Part shown: piece after piece, positions 8,400-17,811 of the stretch
Layout: the number at the start of each line of letters is the position of its first letter
Numbering within the stretch: position 1 is the stretch's first letter
Assembly (NCBI GenBank): GCA_964354495.1
Contig: CAYHAA010000001.1
Location: 585,010-617,009, forward strand
Reading direction: 5' to 3'
DNA: 32,000 nucleotides
Origin: an uncultured archaeon
Lineage (GTDB): Archaea > Asgardarchaeota > Thorarchaeia > Thorarchaeales > Thorarchaeaceae
Program-made: the position numbers and the translations under genes
The notes under the pieces: generated by a model
The model's database searches: none
What the model was told of the DNA's origin: nothing
Seen by the model: the letters and a program-made list of their open reading frames with translations, nothing else

Positions 8400-9335
8400 C
8401 TACTGTTCTTCTTCTGGAAAGTCTGTGATGGGTGGGAACCTATTTCTGCTGGCCTTACTTGCGAAGGGCTCCAGCTTATCCCATGTCCTGTGAAATCTCG
8501 ACGGAAACGACCAAGGCCGAATGACAAGATATTCACGAACATTCTCTGAAGAGCTGTACTCATCTAGAGCCTTCTTTGCCTCTCGAGTGAAAACATGCCG
8601 CTGGTCATCATCTAAGACCTGTTGCTCAAACATATAGGCATCCTCTTTCCATATGTATTTGACCTGGATTTCGTCATTGTCTTCAACTATGCGATGCACA
8701 AGTCTCCAGGGCCAAAATGTGGACATCTGTTCAAGTTGTTCTCCGGCACCATAGAAGTCAACTGACATTCCCTCTCTGCAATAGACGTAGTCAGGACCGC
8801 GTTCTCCGAATTTCTTGTTTGGTTTGGCCATACGACCCTTTCTAACCCAGTCATAGAACTCTCCTCTTACTCTACTGTAGATCTCACAACGGTCAAGTAT
8901 GTATTTCACAGCTGCAGCTGTTCCATGGTGTGCTAGTCCAGGAAGTGAGGGTCGATCGAGTCGCTTCTCAATCAACTCCCGGACAGTTTGGATGTCTTCA
9001 GTAGGAATCGTCGTCCAGATTGGGAAAACCGCTCTCCCAAAAGGGACTGTGTGTAGAAATACGATTCCAGCTGTTCCTATCGGTTTCAGGCCTTCAAGCA
9101 GTTCCTCGTTGACTGGCCAAGTGTCTCCATTCTTACAATAATGGACCTCACTTACTTCGAAGGAAACCACTTCATCCCATTGTGCATCAAAGATTGCCTG
9201 ATACTCCTTTCTCTTCTGCTGGCGTGGAAGAATAAACCTCGCTTCTGAGGGATTTATCTGTATTTCTTGTCGTGCCTTGCTGAATGGGCAATTTCCAATG
9301 TATTCTACGTCAGGCAGTGTTTCTTCATCGGACAT
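8400..9335 (-). CDS. Hypothetical soluble protein, possibly tandem PH-like domains
   Basis: 311-aa ORF filling the gap, with an acidic N-terminus and no recognised family motif. Confidence 0.7.
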   Translation of the reverse strand: MSDEETLPDVEYIGNCPFSKARQEIQINPSEARFILPRQQKRKEYQAIFDAQWDEVVSFEVSEVHYCKNGDTWPVNEELLEGLKPIGTAGIVFLHTVPFGRAVFPIWTTIPTEDIQTVRELIEKRLDRPSLPGLAHHGTAAAVKYILDRCEIYSRVRGEFYDWVRKGRMAKPNKKFGERGPDYVYCREGMSVDFYGAGEQLEQMSTFWPWRLVHRIVEDNDEIQVKYIWKEDAYMFEQQVLDDDQRHVFTREAKKALDEYSSSENVREYLVIRPWSFPSRFHRTWDKLEPFASKASRNRFPPITDFPEEEQ

Positions 9336-9492
9336 GATATCATCACCGTTGTGAAGTCGCTCTCGGATATTCTGGAAACGGTTTGGCTGGTCAGCTTCAC
9401 ACGTACTTAAACGAGTTGGTTAATACCTCTATAAGAAATCAAAAGGGTTAAAGGTGCGAGACCTTGTGCCTCCCTGAAGAGGATTTCTCACG

Positions 9493-10194
9493 ATGAGCCA
9501 AAGTTCAAACCGAGAACGCGACTCTAAAGCGTCTCTCGATGACTTCGAGTTTGATCCAACCGAGCTGGATTTGAAGCAAAGCAAGAATCTATTGACGGTC
9601 CTTGATGGTTATCGAATCCAGAGAACATATGACCTCAGGTTTGTAGACAAAGCAATAAACAAGGGTGAAATGCCAAAGTCATTCATCCGTCAGTGGGGGA
9701 CCATCAGAGGACTTCTGCACAAGCTAGCTGCCATCGGTCCTAAGGTGCCCGGTGTGGAGTCTTGGCTGAATCGGAAGCAATACTTTGCCTTTCTATCTCT
9801 AGCAGTGATCACCATAGCGGCTCCAGTGCTCCTTCTTACGTGGGTGTTTCGATGGGCAGCGCTTCAGGATATTGCAATGCCCTTGGCGCTGCTTGCTGTG
9901 GGTCTAATGCTTGTGAATTTCCTATTATCATCATGGTATAATCGAAAGGTTGCGTGGGCGATATACTACTACCTAGAGGATAATCCGAATTTGGTTGCCA
10001 AAGAACGAGCCATTCTCAAAAAATGGGTTCAGAGTCTCATCCATCACACAGCAAGAGTGATGAGAAAGAGCGGAATCGATCCTAATAAGAATTTGATCAA
10101 GTTCTTCAACGACGACTATGTGGGGATAGAAGTACTCAAAGAGCCTGCTGGAATAAGGAAGAACTATGTTGTGAAACTCAAACTGACTATGTAG
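9493..10194 (+). CDS. Hypothetical membrane protein (two TM helices)
   Basis: 233-aa ORF with two adjacent hydrophobic segments (YFAFLSLAVITIAAPVLLLTWVF; IAMPLALLAVGLMLVNFLLSSW) and an upstream GAAGAGG. Confidence 0.75.
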   Translation: MSQSSNRERDSKASLDDFEFDPTELDLKQSKNLLTVLDGYRIQRTYDLRFVDKAINKGEMPKSFIRQWGTIRGLLHKLAAIGPKVPGVESWLNRKQYFAFLSLAVITIAAPVLLLTWVFRWAALQDIAMPLALLAVGLMLVNFLLSSWYNRKVAWAIYYYLEDNPNLVAKERAILKKWVQSLIHHTARVMRKSGIDPNKNLIKFFNDDYVGIEVLKEPAGIRKNYVVKLKLTM

Positions 10195-10258
10195 TCCGAG
10201 CCTACTCCTTCCATTTATCTTTTCCATGGCTGAGAAGGCCGTAGTGGGTTCTCACCCA

Positions 10259-11374
10259 CTAGACTATCTTCTCTATGGGTCTGTACTCGAGATCGAATCC
10301 GAAATGCCGCGGGCCTAAAACCTTCAAGCCCTCAGTGCCCCTGAAGATTGGTTCTGCCTTCATTCCAATGACGCTTACCTTATCGCCTTTTTTGATGTCC
10401 GTGTTAGTGATGGGCTCGCCACTCTTGGCATTTATTATCTCTATGATATCTGGACTTGTCATCCAGGGCTTTTCATCAAGCCATGTCATATGGTTCTCAT
10501 TCTTGAACCACACCTTGAATTTCTTACCTGGTTTGATTCCAGAACCCGTGATCTCAGTTTCTCCCCACATGTACCCCTCTCGATTCTCCCATGTCCTGCC
10601 TGTAACTACCCCTCTGAAAAGTATCCATCCTCCAACACTCTCAACAATCTTCTCAGCAGGATCATCTCCTGACTCTCTACAGTTTCGAATCATCTTCCCC
10701 ACTTTGTAGCTCTTTGTGAGAGTTCCTTTGATAATCGCATCATGAAAGTCTGATCCCTTGACTGGAAAGGCGACATTGCCAAGACGACCCCATGCCACTT
10801 CACTCAAAGCCTTCGAGATTCGCTCGCCCATCTCGTAGTTGATGACGTTCTGTACGATGCTCTTATTTCCAAACCAGTCAATGAGAGCCATGGGCGCCAT
10901 TGAGAAGCCCTTGATACAAACAGTATTCTGGCATATCTCAGGTACCGCTCTCCCTGAATAGTCTCCATCAACACAAGGAATGCCATGTTTGACAGCAGCA
11001 TCGATTGGCGCTGGCGTATTCACTCCACCTAGCTCAAAGGGAGCGACTGCTTTGAATTTGACGCTCATGAAATCCTCGAGTGCCGCCAAACCACTTGACA
11101 GCTCTTTCTCAAAATAGTCCCAGGGGTATCTCTTCCTTAGAGCTTCAATCTCGGGAGTAGGAGGTGCGATTGTCCCAGAATAGTATGGGCATGCAACCCA
11201 GTCACTCTCTTTTACTGTATTCACGTCAACGATCTCAATTGTCTGTCCTTTGTCTACATGAGGATACAGCATATTGAGACCAAGTTGTTTGGACCCACCG
11301 CCGCCAGTTCCAAAGAAGGTACATCCCGTTGTGAGGTCTTCCACATCAGTTTTTGTCTTTAATATAAGCGTCAT
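10259..11374 (-). CDS. DUF917 family protein (paralog A)
   Basis: GTGGGG, FELGGVNTPAP, VDGDYSGRAVPE, W..NE, PDII and GPRHFG DUF917 motifs. Confidence 0.88.
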   Translation of the reverse strand: MTLILKTKTDVEDLTTGCTFFGTGGGGSKQLGLNMLYPHVDKGQTIEIVDVNTVKESDWVACPYYSGTIAPPTPEIEALRKRYPWDYFEKELSSGLAALEDFMSVKFKAVAPFELGGVNTPAPIDAAVKHGIPCVDGDYSGRAVPEICQNTVCIKGFSMAPMALIDWFGNKSIVQNVINYEMGERISKALSEVAWGRLGNVAFPVKGSDFHDAIIKGTLTKSYKVGKMIRNCRESGDDPAEKIVESVGGWILFRGVVTGRTWENREGYMWGETEITGSGIKPGKKFKVWFKNENHMTWLDEKPWMTSPDIIEIINAKSGEPITNTDIKKGDKVSVIGMKAEPIFRGTEGLKVLGPRHFGFDLEYRPIEKIV

Positions 11375-11485
11375 TGTAAGCAGTCCCTTTCAGATTTGTT
11401 AAATCCGGTTTAAGCTCGCCAGTATATATTTCCAGCGGATGGTATCGAAATAAACATTTCACTCGTGCTGGTCATTCGTCTTACG

Positions 11486-11529
11486 AAAAAAAACATAGTG
11501 AGAGAAGAGGGTAACTTCGCTCTTCTCTC
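11486..11529 (-). terminator. Hairpin plus T8 tract, putative terminator of the metallophosphoesterase gene
   Basis: GAGAGAAGAG (11500-11509) pairs with CTCTTCTCTC (11520-11529), a 10-bp stem. It is followed on the minus strand by ACTATG and a T8 tract. Confidence 0.65.
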
Positions 11530-11542
11530 TCAGATTTGAGAA

Positions 11543-12484
11543 TTACAGTTCGACGCGACCGGCCTGGACCCTTCCATCCTCAATGGTGATGAGGAATGCT
11601 TTCAGAATACCTTCTCTGTATTCAGAACCTGGATTCACACATAGCGTTTTGCCAATGCTTCGGTAGCCAACGCTTTCGTGTATATGCCCATGCAAGCCCA
11701 ACAAAGGTTGATACTTCTCAATCACAGCTCGCACTGACTTGCTTCCGACAGGACCAATAATCTCCTGTGCACCAGATTTCTTCACCTTGTGCTCTTCATC
11801 AAGCGTCGGTGCGGTATCAAGACCGGAGTTGTACGGAGGATCATGGAAGTTGCATATGACATTGGAGTAGTCCTTTGTATCAAGGCGGGCGAATTCCTCT
11901 TCCAGTTTTCCGAGTAACTCCTCATCAGGACATTCTCTGGGCGTCTTCCAAGGAGTCTTACTTACCCATTCACAGCTAATCATGGGATATCCTCTCACAT
12001 CTATCACTCTCTTCAGAGGGTATATGACCTGAGGATCTTTCTTAATCACATCATCAATCATCCAACTATCATCGTTTCCAGGGTTCACAACAACCATCAC
12101 GTCTTTGGAAATCTTCTCGTTAGCCATCTTCATCCAGAGTTCCATTCGTCCAATCATCAGCTCCTCGAAGAGCTTGGTGACTGAACCAGGAGTTTCGCGA
12201 AGCTTGGCGAATTCGTCAGCAGTCATGATTCTTGGATAGTACCCCTCATCCATAGTGAACTTAGTGAAATGATCCAAGTCCTTCTGCTTCTTGAATTCCT
12301 TTCTCTTTCCCTGAGGTGAGGCATACCACCTATCCTCCTTCTCTTGGATTATTGGTACTATGGCCTTGCCAGTTAGGTCGCCGCACATCATGGCAACGTC
12401 CGCCTTGAATACAGTCGGCGCACGACACATTTTTTCCCATGTCTGTTGACTGCCATGAGGGTCAGCCGCTAAGAAAATTCTCAT
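11543..12484 (-). CDS. Calcineurin-like (Icc-related) metallophosphoesterase
   Basis: DPHGS, GDLTGK, PGNDD, FHDPP and LHGHIHES motifs. Likely start is MRIFL at 12484; the ORF track start is 12526. Confidence 0.88.
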   Translation of the reverse strand: MRIFLAADPHGSQQTWEKMCRAPTVFKADVAMMCGDLTGKAIVPIIQEKEDRWYASPQGKRKEFKKQKDLDHFTKFTMDEGYYPRIMTADEFAKLRETPGSVTKLFEELMIGRMELWMKMANEKISKDVMVVVNPGNDDSWMIDDVIKKDPQVIYPLKRVIDVRGYPMISCEWVSKTPWKTPRECPDEELLGKLEEEFARLDTKDYSNVICNFHDPPYNSGLDTAPTLDEEHKVKKSGAQEIIGPVGSKSVRAVIEKYQPLLGLHGHIHESVGYRSIGKTLCVNPGSEYREGILKAFLITIEDGRVQAGRVEL

Positions 12485-12596
12485 CTTGTTACCTCGACTT
12501 GTTCTCTCTGCCTGGAGTTGAAACACTCCCTGCTCAGATTGTTCTTTGCGTGTAAATCGGATTTAAAATCCTAATGGTACAACACAATTGGCACTT

Positions 12597-12608
12597 TAAA
12601 CATGTTTA
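12597..12608. promoter_or_regulatory. 12-bp perfect palindrome between back-to-back TATA-like boxes of divergent genes
   Basis: TAAACATGTTTA, overlapping TTTAAA (12595-12600) and TTTATAAA (12605-12612). Confidence 0.35.
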
Positions 12609-12720
12609 TAAAAAACACAGTCAGGACACAAGATATTAATGTCAATATGTTTTCGGAGTGATTGCAACTGAGTCCTCACAATTTGAGGTGACATGGCTAT
12701 TGACAGGCAAATATGGACCA

Positions 12721-13500
12721 ATGAACGACGACTTCATGCAAGAAGCACTGAGAATTGAGAGAGCTGCCGCAGATAATGACATCCCTCTCCGTATAATAGG
12801 GTGTCTTGCATTCAGGCTGAAGAGCCCTGAATTCACGGATCTTCACATCAGGATGGGACGGCAAGTCACAGATATCGATTTCATCTCGTATTTCAAATAC
12901 CAGAGCAAGCTGGTGAAACTGTTCAGAGATGGACTTGGTTACTATTGGGTGCCCCCAGGTTTCGCCAGAGCAAGCAGTCTACGAGACCTTTTCATCGACC
13001 AACAGCGCAACAGGAAAATAGATGTATTCTACGACCATTTGGATTTCAGCCACAATATCGATTTTACCAAGAAGAAGAGACTCGAAGCCGACAAGCCCAC
13101 CATTCCTTTGGCTGAGTTGTTCCTTGAGAAGACGCAAATCCTAGAAATCAATGCCAAAGATCTGAAGGATTTGGTGATCACTTTCTTGGCGCACGATATT
13201 AGTGATACCTTCGATGACACGCACGTAAACGGTCGCTATATTGCAGATCTGCTCTCGGATGATTGGGGTTTCTACTACACTGCTACAGAGAACATCAAGA
13301 AATTGATTGACTTTGTTCCAACAATCAATGAGATCACACAAAAACAGAAGGACTTGGTTATTGCGCGTGCCCAGAAGATGCGAAAACTGATAGAGGATAC
13401 GCCCAAGACTCGGGCGTGGAAGAACCGTGCAGCGGTCGGCACAAAGAAGCGCTGGTATAAGTTCGTGCATTCGATGGAAGGAACACGGTCCGCAGAATAG
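12721..13500 (+). CDS. Uncharacterised nucleotidyltransferase-fold (Pol beta superfamily) protein
   Basis: LRIIGCLAF (G-G/x-A helix), TDIDF (DxD), IDVF (third Asp) and LLEK-like LFLEK. Likely ATG at 12721; the ORF track start is 12658. Confidence 0.65.
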   Translation: MNDDFMQEALRIERAAADNDIPLRIIGCLAFRLKSPEFTDLHIRMGRQVTDIDFISYFKYQSKLVKLFRDGLGYYWVPPGFARASSLRDLFIDQQRNRKIDVFYDHLDFSHNIDFTKKKRLEADKPTIPLAELFLEKTQILEINAKDLKDLVITFLAHDISDTFDDTHVNGRYIADLLSDDWGFYYTATENIKKLIDFVPTINEITQKQKDLVIARAQKMRKLIEDTPKTRAWKNRAAVGTKKRWYKFVHSMEGTRSAE

Positions 13501-13519
13501 AATGTCGAGGCGTATTGAA

Positions 13520-14638
13520 ATGAAGCTAACAAGAGAGAATGCATATGATATGCTAATCGGTGTCGGGATACTTGGCACGGGCGGCGGGGGCGATCCAGTG
13601 TCATTTGGCAGGCCTCTCGTTGACTGGGACTATCAAAGAGGTAGAACATACGAGATTGTTGACCCTGCTCGTATCAAGGACGATGCCTTTATTGTATGCG
13701 GAGGATACATGGGTTCTGTCAATGTCTTCAAGTCAATCGGCGATATGTTGCAGAGCTGGGAGAGTAGATTTGAACTCCATGAGGCAATGAAGATCTCTGA
13801 GCGAATCACAGGGAAGAAAGTGAACCACTTGGTTCCCTTTGAGCTCGGAGGAACAAATACGACTGTGATGCTGTCTCTAGCTGCTCGAGCGGGAATAACA
13901 ACGGTCGATGGCGATGGACTTGGTCGTTCTGCTCCAGAAACACAAATGATCTCTTTTGTTGGCTACGGTATTGAGCTCTGCCCGATGCCAGTTGTTTCAA
14001 AGAATGGAAGTGTCATCATTGTTGACAAGACTACATCTCCGGCACTTGCTGATGAAATTGGTCGTTTCGCAGTAGTACAAGATGGCGGTGTTGGAGCGAA
14101 TAACCACTACTACCAATCTGGCAAGCAGCTGAAGAAGGCAGTGATTCCTAATAGCATCTCCAAGTCAATTGAACTAGGAAGTGCTATTCGTGATGCAAAT
14201 GACAATAAGCGTAACCCAATCGATGCATTCTTGGATATAATGGGTGGACGAGTTCTCACTCATGGCATTATCGAAGAAGTGAAGGGTGAAGATCGTGCAG
14301 GTCACTGGCACGTGCAGGTGCGAATTAAGCCCGAGGACCTCCGAGGTAGTTTTGAGCTCGTAGTCAAGAACGAGTACATGATGGCTCTCTGCGACGGCAA
14401 GCCTGTCGTGATGTTCCCGGACCTCATATGCATGCATGACCCGAAGACTGGTCACGGTGTGATGAGTGCAAGTCTGAAGAAAGGACTCAAGGTCGTCGTG
14501 ACAGCGGTTCCAGCGCATGAGCGACTTCGTTATGCTGGTAGCACTCCAATTGGAAAGAAGGCATTCTCTCCTGAACGCTATGGGCATCCCGAGCTCGAGT
14601 ATAGACCCATGGAAGACATTATTGGGCGGCTTCACTAG
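13520..14638 (+). CDS. DUF917 family protein (paralog B)
   Basis: GTGGGGDP, FELGGTNT, VDGDGLGRSAPE, KNE, FPDLI and SPERYG motifs. Likely start is MKLTRE at 13520. Confidence 0.88.
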   Translation: MKLTRENAYDMLIGVGILGTGGGGDPVSFGRPLVDWDYQRGRTYEIVDPARIKDDAFIVCGGYMGSVNVFKSIGDMLQSWESRFELHEAMKISERITGKKVNHLVPFELGGTNTTVMLSLAARAGITTVDGDGLGRSAPETQMISFVGYGIELCPMPVVSKNGSVIIVDKTTSPALADEIGRFAVVQDGGVGANNHYYQSGKQLKKAVIPNSISKSIELGSAIRDANDNKRNPIDAFLDIMGGRVLTHGIIEEVKGEDRAGHWHVQVRIKPEDLRGSFELVVKNEYMMALCDGKPVVMFPDLICMHDPKTGHGVMSASLKKGLKVVVTAVPAHERLRYAGSTPIGKKAFSPERYGHPELEYRPMEDIIGRLH

Positions 14639-14694
14639 TTCTGTGAGTTGCCCTAACGTCCTGCCATGGGACACCATAGGAGTAGAGATACAAC

Positions 14695-15459
14695 TTGACA
14701 AAACTAGCATTAATTGGTGCAACAGGTACCGATTGGTGGGTCGACCCAAAAAAGAAGTCCTTCGTTCTGTCCTTTGCTCCCAAGGGCTGCGAGATTGGCA
14801 ATTTCACACCTCGATATGGTACTCACAGTGTTGAGTCACACGTTGACGAAGCCTACAACGCTCCATTCATTCTCGAGCAGGTTGTGAGGGCGAACAAAGA
14901 AGGCTACGATGTCATCGTTATTGATTGCGCATGTGATCCCATTCTAGATGCAGCAAGAGAGATTTCGAAGATTCCTGTTCTGGCTCCAAGAAATACGGCT
15001 CTTCATCTCGCACTAACACTGGGAACGAAGTTTGGAATCGTCACAGTGCAAGGAGACTCACTAAAACGGTGCATGGAGTCTGGGGTCAGAAGTGAAGGTC
15101 TAGAGTCATTCTGTGCTGGTGTTCGATTTCTGAAAATACCAGTTCTCGATATTGCCAAACGTCCTGACGAAGCTCAGAAAGAGCTTCTCTCCATGTGCAA
15201 GAAGCTCATAGAAGAGGATGGAGCCAACGTCATAATCCTTGGTTGCACGGCTCTGTCTCATGAAGTGGATTTGAAGCCAATAATGGCTAGGCTTGGGGTA
15301 CCGGTAATTGATCCTTGGGTAGTAGCAGTGAAGACTGCCTTCATGCTTGTTGAAGCAGGACTTTCGCATAGTAAAGTGGCCTATCCTTCTCCTCCTCTAA
15401 AACAGGTCAACGAGGACCCTTCAATCAAAGGTGCATTCGATGGTTATCTCGTCAAATGA
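14695..15459 (+). CDS. Asp/Glu/hydantoin racemase family protein (hydantoin/allantoin racemase-like)
   Basis: IDCACDP and ILGCTAL catalytic cysteine pair, AAREISKIPV, LGVPVIDP, and C-terminal SKVAYPSP. Confidence 0.88.
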   Translation: MTKLALIGATGTDWWVDPKKKSFVLSFAPKGCEIGNFTPRYGTHSVESHVDEAYNAPFILEQVVRANKEGYDVIVIDCACDPILDAAREISKIPVLAPRNTALHLALTLGTKFGIVTVQGDSLKRCMESGVRSEGLESFCAGVRFLKIPVLDIAKRPDEAQKELLSMCKKLIEEDGANVIILGCTALSHEVDLKPIMARLGVPVIDPWVVAVKTAFMLVEAGLSHSKVAYPSPPLKQVNEDPSIKGAFDGYLVK

Positions 15460-16704
15460 TTAGTCCCCTGTCTGCCGCTTCGATCTGCGAAGCAGAGGGA
15501 TCATAAAGAGAAGAACTATGGCTGATAGTACAGCACACATGACAAACGGATACACCGGAGAGATATCCCAAATATAGCCTCCCACCATCGGACCAAGGAA
15601 GAGACCTACTCCTCCCATGCTCTCAACAAGCCCGGCATGTCCTCCCTTTTCATCCTCCGTGGCTGATACAATCAGGTATAGAGCTCCTAGATAGCTGAAT
15701 CCGACAGCTATACCCGAAATGGCCATAGCCAATCCCCAGACCCACATGTTGTTGACCGTGAATATCATTACAGATGAAATAGCGGAGAGAGCTGCACCTG
15801 CGACTATCACGTTGCCCATCGACCTCTCTGGCAGACGTGCGCAGACTATGAAGGCTAGGGTCCTTACGAAATTCCAAATCATGAGAAGATTCCCAAAATC
15901 CTCTGTAAGATAGCCCAGTCCCTGAACATAACGGGGCAAGAGTGCAAGGATTACTGTGGATACTACGCCCCATAGGGCTATTGATAGATATGACGCGATG
16001 AATCTTGCACTTGTCTTTGAGTGGACTGGTCTAGGTCTGTCCGCTGTCTTCCGTCTCTCTCGAAAGATTGTCTTCATTCTGTAGTTTTGCATCATTGCTC
16101 CAATGATTCCCAAGGACACAAACTCGACAGCAATGATCACGTATATGCTTGAAAAGACTCCATACGCACCTGTAACGTATCCAATCAGGAATGGACTGAT
16201 TATCATGCCCGCACTCCATGATGTGGAGAAGTTGCCTAGTGTCACTGACTGAGATTGAGGCGATAGTTCTGCGACCATTCCTTCAATGGATGGTGCAATG
16301 AATCCATAGACAACTCCCTCTAGGGCACGGATGATGATCAGGTGTATTGGCGTACTGCTTAGGGGATACAGAATGAGAACCCCGATATAGGCCACGCTGG
16401 CGATCAACAGAGAGGTCTTTCTCCCTATTCGATCTGAGATTTTTCCACCAATCGATGGTGAGAGCATATACACAAGACCAAAGGACCCCATGGCAAGACC
16501 CGCAAGGAATCCGGATCCCCCAAGTTCCCCAGTGTACCATGGTGCAAAAATCTCTGTTGTCCCTAGAGTAAGTGTCACCAAGAATGTTATCACATAACCG
16601 ACAAGACGGTTCTTTCTCTTGGCAATCGAAGGGAGGTCAGGCTCCCCGTCTACGTCTAGGCAGAACATCTCTGTTGTCTCGGAAATATCGGCCATGATTT
16701 CCAT
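15460..16704 (-). CDS. MFS transporter
   Basis: GKISDRIGRK (MFS motif A) and RALEG; about 12 TM helices. Confidence 0.9.
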   Translation of the reverse strand: MEIMADISETTEMFCLDVDGEPDLPSIAKRKNRLVGYVITFLVTLTLGTTEIFAPWYTGELGGSGFLAGLAMGSFGLVYMLSPSIGGKISDRIGRKTSLLIASVAYIGVLILYPLSSTPIHLIIIRALEGVVYGFIAPSIEGMVAELSPQSQSVTLGNFSTSWSAGMIISPFLIGYVTGAYGVFSSIYVIIAVEFVSLGIIGAMMQNYRMKTIFRERRKTADRPRPVHSKTSARFIASYLSIALWGVVSTVILALLPRYVQGLGYLTEDFGNLLMIWNFVRTLAFIVCARLPERSMGNVIVAGAALSAISSVMIFTVNNMWVWGLAMAISGIAVGFSYLGALYLIVSATEDEKGGHAGLVESMGGVGLFLGPMVGGYIWDISPVYPFVMCAVLSAIVLLFMIPLLRRSKRQTGD

Positions 16705-16728
16705 CTCGCTAATTACAAATATCCGTGT

Positions 16729-17736
16729 TCAATGGAGGTGCGGTGTCACTTCCTTGGCAAGTATTCTTGCTGTCTTCACCGGGTCAGTACCTGGCACAGG
16801 GAAAGCTACCAAGGTGTTCGCACCGGCATCGATGAACTCCTGCAATCGCTTGATACATGATTCGACATCTCCGACTACACCTAGTGTCTGTACCATTTTG
16901 TCGGTGAGCAACTCACCAACATCTTTGCCTGCCTTCTCTGCTTCTTCGAAAGCGTGAGTATCCTCTTCTGTGATGTCTGCGTAATGCATGAGCGGTCCCC
17001 CTGGCTGTGAGTGAGGCACGTAAAGCTTCATGAGACCCCGTGCAAGATTGAGTGCCTTGTCATGGTCATCATCGATGACCATGGGTAGGTATGAGACCAT
17101 CTCGAACTTGGTCAGAGACTTACCCACCTTGTCAGCACCCTCTTTCACTCTATCCCACGCGAACTTGATGTAACCCGGAGTGCTGAAGATAGACAAGATT
17201 GCACCGTCACCAACCTCACCCGTGAGTTGGAGACCCATCTTGCCCTCAAATGCCAAATAGATTGGAGGATTCTTCCTCACGGGCTTGAAGATGAGTTGAA
17301 TGTCCTTTGCTGCAAAGAAGTCCCCTGTATATGTGATCTTTTCACCAGTGAGAATCATCCTGATGAGCTCTACGCACTCCCTTGTTCTCGTAAGAGGTTT
17401 CTTGACATCAAACCCCATCTGAGACATCCAGTAGGGCACTCCAGAACCGAGTCCGAAGACCATTCTCTTGTTGCTCATCTCATCAAGTGTGCCAAACTCC
17501 ATCGCTGTTAAGGCAGGATGACGTGAGTAGGGGTTCACAACGCCTAGGCCAATCCTTACCTTCTCTGTTGCCATAGCCGCAGCAGCTAGATACGGAACTC
17601 CGCCACGAAAGAAATAGTCTTCAGCAAACCATACCGATTTGAGACCTGCTTTCTCTGTTGCTACAGCCATATCTACTGCTTCTCTGACAGGGAATACTCC
17701 TGTCATTGCCAGTCCAAGTTCTTTGAAACCTTTCAT
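16729..17736 (-). CDS. LLM-class flavin/F420-dependent oxidoreductase (Mer-like)
   Basis: WFAED, ATEKVRIGLGVVNPYSRHPA, GLGSG, PPIYLA and GEVGDG motifs. Confidence 0.88.
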   Translation of the reverse strand: MKGFKELGLAMTGVFPVREAVDMAVATEKAGLKSVWFAEDYFFRGGVPYLAAAAMATEKVRIGLGVVNPYSRHPALTAMEFGTLDEMSNKRMVFGLGSGVPYWMSQMGFDVKKPLTRTRECVELIRMILTGEKITYTGDFFAAKDIQLIFKPVRKNPPIYLAFEGKMGLQLTGEVGDGAILSIFSTPGYIKFAWDRVKEGADKVGKSLTKFEMVSYLPMVIDDDHDKALNLARGLMKLYVPHSQPGGPLMHYADITEEDTHAFEEAEKAGKDVGELLTDKMVQTLGVVGDVESCIKRLQEFIDAGANTLVAFPVPGTDPVKTARILAKEVTPHLH

Positions 17737-17811
17737 TCAAATCGTTCTCCGCATCTATGGATATTCCGCTATTCTCACCATATAAGAGAAAGAAGAGGAG
17801 AAGTATCTCCT

